DNA from: an uncultured Lachnospiraceae bacterium
Lineage (GTDB): Bacteria > Bacillota > Clostridia > Lachnospirales > Lachnospiraceae
Length of the DNA: 64,000 nt
Assembly: GCA_947624875.1 (NCBI GenBank)
Contig: CANQMA010000001.1
Span: 40,225-104,224 of the forward strand
Reading direction: 5' to 3'
In this document: in pieces, positions 50,841 to 60,979 of the stretch
Layout: each line of letters opens with the position of its first letter
Numbering within the stretch: position 1 is the stretch's first letter
Made by a program: the position numbers and the translations under genes
The notes under the pieces: model-generated
Told to the model about the DNA's origin: nothing
The model's database searches: none
What the model saw: the letters and a program-made list of their open reading frames with translations, nothing else

Positions 50841-51845
50841 TTATCTTAAATTTAGTTTTTTCATAAATTTCTCATTTAAATCCATTTCCTTAAATGAAAC
50901 ACACTGTAAAATGGAATTTTTAATCTCTACTGCCTTGGAATTGCCATGGGTCTTTACTAACAGTCCGTTTAATCCCAGCAGCGGCGCTCCGCCATATTCT
51001 TCAATCTGAAATCCTTTCAGTGTTTCTTTTAAGCTTTTTTGAATCAGCAGGCCTCCAATTTTTGATTTCAAACTGCTTTTCAGTCCGCTTTTAACTTTTT
51101 TGAGTAATGCTCCCGAAACGCCTTCGTAAGTTTTTAAAATAACATTTCCAACAAAAGCGTCACACACGACGACGTCTGCGGCGCCAGCCGGAATATCCCT
51201 GGCCTCTATATTTCCGATAAAGTTGATATCCTGCGCCTCTTTCAGCAGAGGAAACGTTTCTTTCGTAAGCGCATTGCCCTTTTCTTCTTCAGTACCGATA
51301 CTCACCAATCCCACTCTTGGATTTTTGACGCCGACGATATTTTCCATATAAATGGATCCCATTTTTGCAAACTGTAATAAATGCGCCGGTCTGGCGTCAA
51401 CATTTGCCCCGCAGTCAATCAGCAGCGTAACACCCTCAAGCGTCGGAATCAGTGGCGCAAGCGGCGGCCGGTGCACGCCCTTTAACCTGCCAATGATTAC
51501 ATGCCCGCCGACCAGATTTGCTCCGGTGCTTCCTGCAGAAACCATGGCATCTGCCTCTCCATGTTTTACCAGATACTGACATTTTACTAACGAAGAGTCT
51601 GTCTTTTCCCGAATTGCTGCAGCCGGAGCTTCAGCCATCTCAATGACCTCTGTGGCATTGATAATTTCCAATGCGTCTGCATCATATTCATATTTTGAAA
51701 GTTCTTCGTAAATCAGTTCCTCTTTTCCAACCAATTTTACGAGAAGATTTCTATTTTCCTTTACTGCTTCCACGGCTCCTTTGACAATCTCACCCGGAGC
51801 ATAATCGCCGCCCATGCAGTCTAATGCAACAACCGTTCCTGACAT
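50841..51845 (-). CDS. plsX: Phosphate acyltransferase PlsX
   Basis: DCMGGDYAP, DCGANVD, GGAPLLG..KTHGNS. Confidence 0.97.
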   Translation of the reverse strand: MSGTVVALDCMGGDYAPGEIVKGAVEAVKENRNLLVKLVGKEELIYEELSKYEYDADALEIINATEVIEMAEAPAAAIREKTDSSLVKCQYLVKHGEADAMVSAGSTGANLVGGHVIIGRLKGVHRPPLAPLIPTLEGVTLLIDCGANVDARPAHLLQFAKMGSIYMENIVGVKNPRVGLVSIGTEEEKGNALTKETFPLLKEAQDINFIGNIEARDIPAGAADVVVCDAFVGNVILKTYEGVSGALLKKVKSGLKSSLKSKIGGLLIQKSLKETLKGFQIEEYGGAPLLGLNGLLVKTHGNSKAVEIKNSILQCVSFKEMDLNEKFMKKLNLR

Positions 51846-51874
51846 CAAACATTCCTCCTTTGCATACGAAATGT

Positions 51875-51903
51875 ATTATACTAAATGCAGGCGGCAAAAT
51901 CAA
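51875..51903 (-). promoter_or_regulatory. SigA promoter for plsX
   Basis: TTGATT-17 nt-TATAAT. Confidence 0.6.
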
Positions 51904-51915
51904 GTAAACCAAACT

Positions 51916-51950
51916 AAAAAAAGACCCCGTCCAACGACAGAGTCTTTTTT
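51916..51950 (-). terminator. Intrinsic terminator after rpmF
   Basis: AAAAAAAGACCCCGTC...GACAGAGTCTTTTTT imperfect hairpin with T-tract. Confidence 0.65.
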
Positions 51951-51963
51951 CATCATTTTCAAA

Positions 51964-52143
51964 TTAGTCAACTGCAATGATTTCTTTCTTGTTGTAGCTT
52001 CCACATGCTTTACACATTCTGTGCGGCATCATCAGCGCGCCACACTTACTACATTTTACAAGATTTGGCGCTGACATCTTCCAATTTGCTCTTCTCTGAT
52101 CTCTTCTTCCCTTTGAAGATTTATTTTTTGGACAGATAGACAT
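51964..52143 (-). CDS. rpmF: 50S ribosomal protein L32 (zinc-binding form)
   Basis: Not in ORF track. MSICPKNKSSKGRRDQRRANWKMSAPNLVKCSKCGALMMPHRMCKACGSYNKKEIIAVD; GGAGG RBS. Confidence 0.97.
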   Translation of the reverse strand: MSICPKNKSSKGRRDQRRANWKMSAPNLVKCSKCGALMMPHRMCKACGSYNKKEIIAVD

Positions 52144-52146
52144 GGT

Positions 52147-52668
52147 TTACACCTCCTTAAACTGATTAAAAACATCTAATATTTTTGACATTCTCGGATC
52201 GAGTTCTGTGTTTTGGCATCGGCATGGACCGTCATTTAAATTTGCTCCGCATCGATGACATATTCCCTTACAGTCTGCACTGCATAGGACTTTCATAGGT
52301 AAATTCATCAGAATCTCGTTATGAATAAGCACGTCCGTATCTAGAGAAAAATCGGATACAAAGCATTCCTCATCATTTTCTCTGATTTTTTCTTCTGCGG
52401 ACTTATTCATGTCCAGCTCTTTATCAAAACTGATATCAATCTGACTTAACACAGGCTTCAGGCATCGGTCACACGGGATGGTCAGACATACATATCCGTC
52501 AAGCCTGCATCCGATTTTCCGATTTCCATGATTATCGAGCTGAAGTGTCAAATCGCAATCAACCATATCATATTCCAAATCCTTCATTTTAAAGGATTTT
52601 TCCGGCTGAGGTTTATAGCTTTTTGACTCCATATCCTCTTGCAAAAATTGATATAAATCGATTAACAT
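52147..52668 (-). CDS. YceD/DUF177 ribosome-associated protein
   Basis: CDRCL, LPMKVLCSADCKGICHRCGANLN, DPR; upstream of rpmF. Confidence 0.93.
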   Translation of the reverse strand: MLIDLYQFLQEDMESKSYKPQPEKSFKMKDLEYDMVDCDLTLQLDNHGNRKIGCRLDGYVCLTIPCDRCLKPVLSQIDISFDKELDMNKSAEEKIRENDEECFVSDFSLDTDVLIHNEILMNLPMKVLCSADCKGICHRCGANLNDGPCRCQNTELDPRMSKILDVFNQFKEV

Positions 52669-52697
52669 AATATCCTTTCCATAAAGACACCTAATAG

Positions 52698-52726
52698 ATT
52701 ATACATAAGTCGCATAATTTTGTCAA
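52698..52726 (-). promoter_or_regulatory. Consensus SigA promoter for yceD-rpmF
   Basis: TTGACA-17 nt-TATAAT, perfect match. Confidence 0.85.
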
Positions 52727-52788
52727 ATCTTTTATTCTGCCTCTTGCACAGATGATGTAATCACCGTTCATTTCGATAAAATACTCTA

Positions 52789-53119
52789 CTAAATATTCTC
52801 ATTTATTTCTTTCTCAATCTCAACAACCGTTATCTTCCCATCAACCAACATTTCAAAAAACATACAAACATGCCATTCTTGATGGATAATTCGAATATTT
52901 TTTCTTTCTTACTTCTTCCAATGCCAGTTCTCTTAGCGCAACTGACGTATGGTGCTCTAACTTTTCCGCATTATAGTTTTCCGGATGACTGTATATATCT
53001 TTTACAATCTCCATCTTGTCACAAACCCTTTGATAAACACCATTATGATTTACTTCATCAAAAATGATTTGCTGTCCAACTTGCATAGGTCTTTCTGTAA
53101 CAACATGATATGCATACAT
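52789..53119 (-). pseudogene. DUF2441-like protein, frameshifted with apparent internal deletion
   Basis: 88-aa N-part (RELALEEVRKKKY..YPSRMACLYV) stops at 52853; a C-terminal-like piece EMLVDGKITVVEIEKEINENI* abuts it in another frame (52854-52789). Confidence 0.7.
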
Positions 53120-53168
53120 TCAACTGATCTCCTCAATTTTCCATTACTAATCCTCCGTAATTCAAATT

Positions 53169-54365
53169 TTAGCGGCTGAGCACTTCGACTGTTTCTCTGG
53201 CAATCGCCAATTCTTCGTTTGTTGGAACAACCAATACTTTTACCTTCGAATCAGCTGTGGAAAGAATCACTTCCCGTCCCCGGGTATTATTGGCATCGTC
53301 ATCAATCTGAATCCCCAAAAAAGAGAAATGCTCGCAAATCGCTTTCCGGATATTCGGATTGTTTTCTCCGACTCCGGCTGTAAAGACAATGGCGTCGACG
53401 CCATTCATCACAGCGATGTATGCGCCAATAAACCGAACAACACTTTGAATGTATGCATAAAAAGCAGATGCAGCTTTTTGATTTCCTTCCTGCATCGCCT
53501 TGTTAATATCACGAAAATCACTCGATAATTCAGAGAGTCCTGCAACGCCGGATTCTTTATTCAGAATCTGAATTACCTGTTCCACGGAAATCCCCTCTTT
53601 CTCTGCAATCACGCCGAGAATCCCGGGATCAATATCGCCGCTTCTGGTTCCCATAATCACACCGGCAAGAGGCGTTAATCCCATACTGGTGTCCACGGAT
53701 TTCCCATATTCCACAGCGCTGATGCTCGCACCGTTTCCAAGATGACACACAATCGTTTTTAACTGGCGAGGGTCTTTTTTTAATATTTCAGCCGTTCTCT
53801 TCGATACAAAACTGTGCGAAGTGCCGTGAAACCCATAACGGCGGATTTGATATTGTTCATAATATTTTCTTGGAATCGCATATAAATATGCGCTTTCCGG
53901 CATCGTCTGGTGGAATGCCGTATCAAACACAACGACATTTGGCGTATCCGGCATAATTTCCATACACGCCTGAATGCCTATCAGATTGGCAGGATTATGT
54001 AACGGCGCAAGGTCGCTGCAGAGTTCAATTTTTTCCAACACTTCGTCCGTCACCATGACTGATTGGGAAAAATATTCTCCGCCATGCACAACTCTATGTC
54101 CCACTGCATCCACCTCAGACATTGCTGAGATTACACCGAACGACTGATTGGTCAAAAAATCCATCACGGCAGAAATTGCCTCATGATGGGTAGGCATTTT
54201 AATTTTCTGTTCCTGCTTTTCTCCGTTAAAAGGCGTATAGGAAATCATGCTCCCATCCATTCCGATGCGCTCACATAACCCTTTCGCAAGTACTTTTTCA
54301 TTACAGGAATCAATCAATTGGAATTTTAAGGATGAACTTCCACAGTTGATAACTAAAATTTCCAT
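53169..54365 (-). CDS. ackA: Acetate kinase
   Basis: NCGSSSLKF, GHRVVHGG, APLHNP, RRYGFHGTSH, FTAGVGEN. Confidence 0.98.
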   Translation of the reverse strand: MEILVINCGSSSLKFQLIDSCNEKVLAKGLCERIGMDGSMISYTPFNGEKQEQKIKMPTHHEAISAVMDFLTNQSFGVISAMSEVDAVGHRVVHGGEYFSQSVMVTDEVLEKIELCSDLAPLHNPANLIGIQACMEIMPDTPNVVVFDTAFHQTMPESAYLYAIPRKYYEQYQIRRYGFHGTSHSFVSKRTAEILKKDPRQLKTIVCHLGNGASISAVEYGKSVDTSMGLTPLAGVIMGTRSGDIDPGILGVIAEKEGISVEQVIQILNKESGVAGLSELSSDFRDINKAMQEGNQKAASAFYAYIQSVVRFIGAYIAVMNGVDAIVFTAGVGENNPNIRKAICEHFSFLGIQIDDDANNTRGREVILSTADSKVKVLVVPTNEELAIARETVEVLSR

Positions 54366-54419
54366 ATTTTATCTGCGGTGGCATCGTTATGAAAGTCTCA
54401 CCGCGCTCCTTTCTAAGTT

Positions 54420-55415
54420 TTATGAAATCTGCGCCTGAACGGCTGTAATTGCTACGACACCAACGATATCCTTTGCACTGCAGCCGCGGGATAAGTCATT
54501 AATTGGCTTTGCAATTCCCTGACAGAGCGGTCCATATGCCTCCGCCTGGCCAAGTCTCTGGAGCAGTTTATAACCGATATTTCCGGCATCCAAATCAGGA
54601 AAGACTAAAACATTTGCTTTCCCTGCCACCGGGCTTCCCGGCGCTTTAAACTCAGCGATTTCAGGAACCAGCGCGGCATCCGTCTGCAATTCGCCGTCGA
54701 CGAGATACTGTGGATATTCCTTCTGCGCCAGTCTGGTAGCCTCGACAACCTTTGAGACGTCCGCATGGGCCGCGCTTCCGTAGGAAGAATGAGAAAGCAT
54801 CGCCACTCTTGCTTTGTCTCCAACCAGATATTCGAAAGATTCTGCACTGCTTGCGGCAATATCTGCCAGCTGTTCCGGATTGGGATTCTGATTAAGTCCA
54901 CAGTCGCCCATGACAAACACGCCGTTGCTGCCCATTTCTTTATTTGGCACACATATCAGGAAAAATGCAGACACCAGTTTGCTTCCCGGTTTCGTTTTTA
55001 CAATCTGTAAAGATGGTCTAAGGGTATTTGCCGAAGAATGACACGCTCCGGACACAACGCCGTCCGCATCCCCATTTTTTACCATCATACAGGCAAAATA
55101 CATATGATCGCTGATCAGCATGGCGTAAGCCTGTTTTTCGGTCATTCCTTTTGCTTTTCGCAGCTGATAAAACTGTTCTGCATATTCTTTCAGTTTTTCG
55201 GAATCCCGCGGATTAATGACTTGAAGCCCCTCCAGATCATATCCCTGACTGTACTTCGAAAATTCTTCTTTTGTTGCCAACACGACAATATCGGCAAAAT
55301 CTTCTTTTAAAATCTGTTCTGCCGCCTCATAAGTCCGCTTGTCCATCCCTTCCGGCAAAACAATCGTTTTCCTGTTTGTTCTGGCTTTTTCTTTGAGTTC
55401 ATCGATAAATTTCAT
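54420..55415 (-). CDS. pta: Phosphate acetyltransferase
   Basis: IVLPEG, DGELQTDAAL, FPDLDAGNIGYK, NDLSRGC. Confidence 0.97.
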   Translation of the reverse strand: MKFIDELKEKARTNRKTIVLPEGMDKRTYEAAEQILKEDFADIVVLATKEEFSKYSQGYDLEGLQVINPRDSEKLKEYAEQFYQLRKAKGMTEKQAYAMLISDHMYFACMMVKNGDADGVVSGACHSSANTLRPSLQIVKTKPGSKLVSAFFLICVPNKEMGSNGVFVMGDCGLNQNPNPEQLADIAASSAESFEYLVGDKARVAMLSHSSYGSAAHADVSKVVEATRLAQKEYPQYLVDGELQTDAALVPEIAEFKAPGSPVAGKANVLVFPDLDAGNIGYKLLQRLGQAEAYGPLCQGIAKPINDLSRGCSAKDIVGVVAITAVQAQIS

Positions 55416-55448
55416 AACACACCTCGCCTTGTTTTGTTCATTATTTCT

Positions 55449-55534
55449 ATCATACTCCATGTTGATTTTCACAGCAAGTAGATAAAATCATTTTTTTCTG
55501 ACAATTTGCAACTTTAAAATAATAATGTTAAAAT
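55449..55534. promoter_or_regulatory. Divergent SigA promoters for pta-ackA (-) and tmcAL (+)
   Basis: Minus: TTGCTG-17-TATGAT (55477-55449). Plus: TTGCAA-17-TAAAAT with extended TG (55506-55534). Confidence 0.55.
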
Positions 55535-55600
55535 ATCACCGAAATACCAGGATTCGTATGATTTTAAGATCTCCAAATCCTGATTGTGCAGGAGTTTTTT

Positions 55601-56827
55601 ATGAAAACTGTTGGAATTATTGCAGAACTAAATCCGTTTCATAACGGTCATCAATATATAATCCGGAAAGCAAAACAGATCACGCATGCAGACCATGTCG
55701 TCATCCTATGCAGTGGAAATTATGTACAGCGCGGTGCTCCCGCAGTCATCAACAAATATGACCGGGCAAAGATGGCATTGCAAAACGGCGCAAGCGCTGT
55801 CTTTGAACTTCCTGTCGTTTATTCCACTGCTTCTGCAGAATTATTTGCAAGGGCTGCCATTGCTTTTTTTGAACAGCTGCAATGCATTGATTATCTATGC
55901 TTTGGCTGTGAAACAGACGATATGCAAACGCTTTTTGCGCTCGCTGAAATTCTTTATAAAGAGCCTGAAGGATATCAAAAGAATTTATATCAGGCTCTGC
56001 AGACCGGTCTTTCCTTTCCAAAAGCGCGGCAGCAGGCTTTAGTACAATACTGTAATGAGAATAACCTGCAAAATCTCTCTGCGGTTGAACCGCTTTTTTC
56101 AAAGCCGAATACGATTTTAGCCATTGAATATCTGAAAGCGCTCCAATTTTTTCAATCCGATATCAAGCCGCTGGCTATTCGCCGTCAGGGAGCGGATTAT
56201 CATTCACTGGATATCCAAAGCAGCTTTGCCTCTGCAACTGCACTGCGGCAGAAAATAAAACAGCAATCCTTAGAAGAAATCAGGCCTCTGATTCCTTTGA
56301 ACTGTTTCCCGATACTGGAATGTTCAAACAAGGTGTATTTTGAAGATTTTGATTTGATTTTAGGCGAACGTCTGGTCCGTCAAAATGATTTTTCAGAGAT
56401 TTATGGGATTTCTGAGGATTTATCCCATCGGATTCAAAAAACCAAGTCTCAATATGTCAATATAAAAACTTATCTGGATCTTCTTCATTCCAAAAATTAT
56501 ACGTATTCAGCGATTTCCCGCGCGCTGCTTCATCTGTGTCTGGGAATCAGAAAAGAGCAGGTCGATCAACTGATTTGCAATGGATATCATTTTTATGCAC
56601 GCTTACTGGGATTTCAAAAGAGCAGCGAAATCTTATCAGAAATCAAAGCAAAGAGTTTGATTCCATTGATTAGCAGGCTTTCCACTTTTTATCATCAGAG
56701 TTATGGCGCTGCAAAAGAAATGCTGAATCTGTGCATCGACTGTGACAATATATATAGAATGATTATCACAAACAAAACCGGGAACCTGCTTCCGACAGAA
56801 TTTGAAAGTCAGATCATCGTTCAATAA
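55601..56827 (+). CDS. tmcAL: tRNA(Met) cytidine acetate ligase (YlbM/TmcAL-family nucleotidyltransferase)
   Basis: GIIAELNPFHNGH, SGNYVQRG.PA, PNTILAIEY, SATALR. Confidence 0.88.
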   Translation: MKTVGIIAELNPFHNGHQYIIRKAKQITHADHVVILCSGNYVQRGAPAVINKYDRAKMALQNGASAVFELPVVYSTASAELFARAAIAFFEQLQCIDYLCFGCETDDMQTLFALAEILYKEPEGYQKNLYQALQTGLSFPKARQQALVQYCNENNLQNLSAVEPLFSKPNTILAIEYLKALQFFQSDIKPLAIRRQGADYHSLDIQSSFASATALRQKIKQQSLEEIRPLIPLNCFPILECSNKVYFEDFDLILGERLVRQNDFSEIYGISEDLSHRIQKTKSQYVNIKTYLDLLHSKNYTYSAISRALLHLCLGIRKEQVDQLICNGYHFYARLLGFQKSSEILSEIKAKSLIPLISRLSTFYHQSYGAAKEMLNLCIDCDNIYRMIITNKTGNLLPTEFESQIIVQ

Positions 56828-56864
56828 AAAAACAGCGGGCATAAAAATTGCCACGCTGTTTTTT
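56826..56864. terminator. Bidirectional terminator between convergent genes
   Basis: AAAAAAACAGCG(G)GCA...TGC(CA)CGCTGTTTTTT. Confidence 0.8.
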
Positions 56865-56868
56865 GATA

Positions 56869-58233
56869 TCAGTTTTTAAAACTGTGAATCGGCGCCGGAA
56901 TTCTTCCTGTACGGCTGACAAACCGCTCACAGGAGAATTGATTGACCGGCATAATCGGCGCATATCCAAGCAGTCCGCCAAATTCAACCGTTTCTCCTAC
57001 GCCTTTTCCGCTCACCGGAATGATTCTCACGGCTGTTGTCTTTTGATTCACCATACCAATCGCAGATTCATCAGCAATGATTCCTGCAATGGTCGTCGCT
57101 TTCGTATCGCCCGGAATCGCAATCATATCCAGTCCGACAGAGCAGACGCAGGTCATTGCCTCCAATTTTTCCAGAGTCAATGCGCCCTCTTTCACCGCAT
57201 CAATCATTCCCTGATCTTCACTGACCGGAATAAATGCTCCGCTCAGTCCGCCAACATAAGAAGAGGCCATGACGCCGCCTTTTTTTACCTGATCATTTAA
57301 CATCGCAAGCGCTGCCGTTGTTCCCGGCGCGCCCGCACGCTCTAATCCGATTTCCTCTAAAATATCAGCGACACTGTCTCCAATCGCAGGCGTCGGGGCA
57401 AGAGATAAATCAATAATACCAAATGGAATTCCCAGGCGCTTCGACGCTTCTTTTGCCACCAATTGCCCTACTCTGGTAATTTTAAATGCAGTTTTTTTAA
57501 TTGTATCACAGAGAACCTCAAAATTTTCTCCACGAACCTTTTTTAAAGCATGACGCACCACGCCGGGGCCGGAAACGCCGACATTGATAATCACGTCTGC
57601 CTCTGACACCCCGTGAAATGCTCCCGCCATGAACGGATTATCATCTGGAGCATTGCAAAATACAACAAGTTTGGCGCAGCCGAGGGAATCCTGTTCCTTT
57701 GTCATTTCAGCCGTCTGTTTTACAATGTCGCCCATTAAGCGCACAGCATCCATGTTAATCCCGGTTTTTGTCGAACCGACATTGACGGAACTGCAGACTC
57801 TTTCTGTCACGGAAAGCGCTTTTGGAATGGAGCAGATCAGATTTTTTTCTGCTGATGTCATCCCCTTATTGACAATTGCCGAATATCCGCCTAAAAAATT
57901 GACTCCGACTTTCTTGGCAGCCTTGTCCAATGTCTGCGCGATGGTAACAAAATCGTCCGGATTTTTACATGCCTTTCCTCCGACAAAAGCAATCGGCGTA
58001 ACAGAGATTCTCTTATTGACAATCGGAATCCCATATTCTTTTGCAATATCCTCTCCGGTCTCCACCAGTTTGTCTGCTGATTTGACAATTTTATCATAGA
58101 TATTCTGATTGAGTGTATCTAAATCATCGCTGACGCAATCCAACAGACTGATGCCTAACGTAATGGTTCGCACATCGAGATTATAATTATCAATCATTTT
58201 ATTTGTTTCTAGAACTTCAAATTTATTAATCAT
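56869..58233 (-). CDS. DUF711/UPF0210 (PFL-like fold) protein
   Basis: [48 protein letters not shown]. Confidence 0.93.
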   Translation of the reverse strand: MINKFEVLETNKMIDNYNLDVRTITLGISLLDCVSDDLDTLNQNIYDKIVKSADKLVETGEDIAKEYGIPIVNKRISVTPIAFVGGKACKNPDDFVTIAQTLDKAAKKVGVNFLGGYSAIVNKGMTSAEKNLICSIPKALSVTERVCSSVNVGSTKTGINMDAVRLMGDIVKQTAEMTKEQDSLGCAKLVVFCNAPDDNPFMAGAFHGVSEADVIINVGVSGPGVVRHALKKVRGENFEVLCDTIKKTAFKITRVGQLVAKEASKRLGIPFGIIDLSLAPTPAIGDSVADILEEIGLERAGAPGTTAALAMLNDQVKKGGVMASSYVGGLSGAFIPVSEDQGMIDAVKEGALTLEKLEAMTCVCSVGLDMIAIPGDTKATTIAGIIADESAIGMVNQKTTAVRIIPVSGKGVGETVEFGGLLGYAPIMPVNQFSCERFVSRTGRIPAPIHSFKN

Positions 58234-58245
58234 GGGACCCTCCCG

Positions 58246-58518
58246 CTAAATTCGATGCATACTGTTAAAGATATCTTCATGCTGCATTCGGATGCTGACA
58301 CCGATGGTTTCACCGATTTCATTCAAACCTTCCGCCAGTTCGTTCACCGGCTTTTTGGCTTCGTTGCAATCCACAATCATCATCATATTAAAGTATCCCT
58401 GAACAATTGTCTGGGAAATGTCCATAATATTGACATTATTTTCCGCCAGATATGTACATACGCCTGCTATGATTCCAACCGTATCTTTTCCCACTACCGT
58501 AATAATTGTCTTTTTCAT
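58246..58518 (-). CDS. ACT-domain protein (UPF0237)
   Basis: ITVVGKDTVGIIA, NIMDISQT, EDIFNSMHRI. Confidence 0.93.
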   Translation of the reverse strand: MKKTIITVVGKDTVGIIAGVCTYLAENNVNIMDISQTIVQGYFNMMMIVDCNEAKKPVNELAEGLNEIGETIGVSIRMQHEDIFNSMHRI

Positions 58519-58527
58519 AATTACCTC

Positions 58528-59325
58528 CTAAATTTCAGTCCGACACGACGGTTCTAATCTGCTGGCCACCTGTATGTCCAACTCGTCTGCATCGATGCCG
58601 TTACCGGCAAAATTAATTTCATTCCGGACTGCCTGATAAGCCAGTTCCGGATAATTGTTTTCTCCACTCAGATGTCCTAAAATAATATGTTTCAGACGTT
58701 TCCCGCCAATCCGGCTTAGAAGTCTGCCACAGTTTTCGTTGGACAAATGCCCCAGATTTCCCCAGATACGCTGCTTTAGATGAAACGGGTAAGAACCCGT
58801 CTGCAGCATCCGGATATCATGATTGGCTTCAATTAAAACCATATCCAGTTCCTTTAACTGTTCAGTGAGGGCATCGTCATAACACCCCAGATCCGTGACA
58901 ACCGCACAGGACTGTTTTGCGGTATCAAACCGATAACAGACCGGATTGACCGCATCATGCTGCACTGGAACCGGCAGAACCGAAACAGATTTAATTTGTA
59001 TGTGCTGCGCTGTCTTGATTGGCACAAACAATTCCTGATTCACTTTGCCGGTCTTCGGAGAAGACAAGATGGCTTCAATCGTTTCTTTTGGCGCATATAC
59101 CGGAATCTCATGTTTTCTTAAAAAGACTCCCAGTCCCTGAATATGATCAATATGTTCATGGGTTATCAGCATTCCGTCAAGGTCTGCGGGATGGCATCCA
59201 TAAAAGGATAATCCTTCATCAATACGCTTCCCGCTGACGCCGGCATCCACCAGCAGTTTAACGTTTTTATCTTCGATTAATATACTATTTCCTCTGCTCC
59301 CGCTGGAAATTGGCGCAATAACCAT
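58528..59325 (-). CDS. MBL-fold metallohydrolase (YycJ/WalJ-like)
   Basis: SGSRGN, THEHIDH, EANHD, GHLSN, HLSGENN. Confidence 0.92.
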   Translation of the reverse strand: MVIAPISSGSRGNSILIEDKNVKLLVDAGVSGKRIDEGLSFYGCHPADLDGMLITHEHIDHIQGLGVFLRKHEIPVYAPKETIEAILSSPKTGKVNQELFVPIKTAQHIQIKSVSVLPVPVQHDAVNPVCYRFDTAKQSCAVVTDLGCYDDALTEQLKELDMVLIEANHDIRMLQTGSYPFHLKQRIWGNLGHLSNENCGRLLSRIGGKRLKHIILGHLSGENNYPELAYQAVRNEINFAGNGIDADELDIQVASRLEPSCRTEI

Positions 59326-59432
59326 AAACCACCTCAAACTTCCTTGTCCATTTTATTGTATTTTTCTGATAATTTCAACCGTCTTCTTTGCATAAATATA
59401 GAAATAGAAAACAAGCAAAGGAACCAATTGCA

Positions 59433-60314
59433 ATGAAACGAATCTTCTTATCTTTTATCTGTATGTTGTCCATTGGTATCATTCTATCTTATCCCGCAGC
59501 GGTAATCAGCGGCGTAAAGAGCGGAATACAACTTTCCCTATATCAGATTGTTCCGTCCCTGTTTCCTTTTATATTGGTCGCCAATATTATGACCAGTCAA
59601 AACCTGACGGAAAACATCGCGAAACTATTTCATCCGCTGCTTCATTGCCTGTACGGTCTGTCACCAAATGGATCTTTTTCATGTTTGTTGAGTTTTTTAA
59701 GCGGATTTCCTCTCGGCGCAAAGACCATTTCAGAGCTTTATGAGACAGGAAAACTCTCATTTTCCGAGTCCGCACATCTGATGACCTTTTGTAATAATTG
59801 CAGTCTTTCCTTTGCAGTAAATTACATCGGTTTTTCCTGCCTGGGTAATAAGATTCCGATTGGACGGCTGATTCTTTTTATTTATCTGCCGCCGGTTCTT
59901 ACCGGATTCATCAACCGTTTCTTTTTCACTCATGAACGAAAAGTCGTCACAGGCCAGATGGGAACATCGAAAATCATTCAGCCTGCAGTAGAAACGATTA
60001 CCAAAATTAGCGTATTTGTCATTTTGTTTTCCATCGTTGTATCTCTTCTGCAAAACTGGAAAATTCCATACTGGCAGAATATCTCTTCTCTTTGTGAAAT
60101 CACAACCGGTCTGAAATGCATCACAGAAAACGGGATTTTTCCAAATACATTGATCTGCGTTATTCTCTCTACGGTGTTCGGTGGGATTTCCACAATGGTG
60201 CAGTGTTTTTCATTTATTTCTGATCTTGCATTAAAAAAATACTATCTGTTTGGTAAAATAGAGCAGTGTCTGATTGCTCTCATGATGTTTAGTGTCGCAT
60301 ACTTTATCAGATAA
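59433..60314 (+). CDS. YlbJ-like sporulation membrane protein
   Basis: IVPSLFPF, LSGFPLGAK, EITTG, FGG motifs; located next to rsmD-coaD as in Bacillus. Confidence 0.8.
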   Translation: MKRIFLSFICMLSIGIILSYPAAVISGVKSGIQLSLYQIVPSLFPFILVANIMTSQNLTENIAKLFHPLLHCLYGLSPNGSFSCLLSFLSGFPLGAKTISELYETGKLSFSESAHLMTFCNNCSLSFAVNYIGFSCLGNKIPIGRLILFIYLPPVLTGFINRFFFTHERKVVTGQMGTSKIIQPAVETITKISVFVILFSIVVSLLQNWKIPYWQNISSLCEITTGLKCITENGIFPNTLICVILSTVFGGISTMVQCFSFISDLALKKYYLFGKIEQCLIALMMFSVAYFIR

Positions 60315-60319
60315 ATTAG

Positions 60320-60351
60320 AAAAAGCGTTAAGTTTGATACCTAACGCTTTT
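60320..60351. terminator. Bidirectional terminator
   Basis: AAAAAGCGTTA...TAACGCTTTT between convergent genes. Confidence 0.75.
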
Positions 60352-60370
60352 CTCTGAAAATAACCCTGTT

Positions 60371-60979
60371 TTATAATAAATCTAAAGTTAAATCTCCATC
60401 TCCATCTTCATCTTCCGCATCAGCACCGTATGTATTATCATCATCCTGTGCGCCCAATTCTTTTCTGCTCTCAACAACAACATGTAAAGAATTGTTCATC
60501 TCACCCATCAGTGTATTCTGCGCATCTTCAAAATTACTGATTCCATTGGTTAAAATGCTCTGAACATTGGACAGGATATCATCGGTATACTGTACCGCGC
60601 GGGTCCTTAAATCATTTGCTTCATTGGTCGCTGAATCCAAAATCCCCTGCGCTTCTGACTGAGCCTGCTCGATAATGGCATTTGCTTCTGAATAGGCTTT
60701 CTGCATGATTTCATGTTCGCTGACTAACTGATTAATATGCGCTGTGGCCTCGGCAATCATCGCCTCTGAACGTTCTTTGGCATCGTTTAAAATTGCATCT
60801 TTATTGGCTATGATTTTTTGGTATTTTTTGATTTCATCCGGCGTGCGCAGTCTCAACTCTGCCAGAAGTTCATCGATATCGTCCTTATTTACGATAATCT
60901 TAGAAGTTGATAACGGTTGAAATTTACAGTTATCAATATATTCCTCAATTTCTGTAATAATCTGTTCAATTTTACTCAT
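60371..60979 (-). CDS. Conserved coiled-coil protein downstream of coaD (DivIVA/ATP-synthase-b-like)
   Basis: [14 protein letters not shown], repeated A..II..A heptads, acidic C-tail. Confidence 0.8.
   Translation of the reverse strand: MSKIEQIITEIEEYIDNCKFQPLSTSKIIVNKDDIDELLAELRLRTPDEIKKYQKIIANKDAILNDAKERSEAMIAEATAHINQLVSEHEIMQKAYSEANAIIEQAQSEAQGILDSATNEANDLRTRAVQYTDDILSNVQSILTNGISNFEDAQNTLMGEMNNSLHVVVESRKELGAQDDDNTYGADAEDEDGDGDLTLDLL

Noticed and set aside
59366-59400. Sporulation sigma promoter upstream of the ylbJ-like gene
   Set aside because: A CATAAATA -10-like box is present, but the -35 match and spacing are too poor to support a call.
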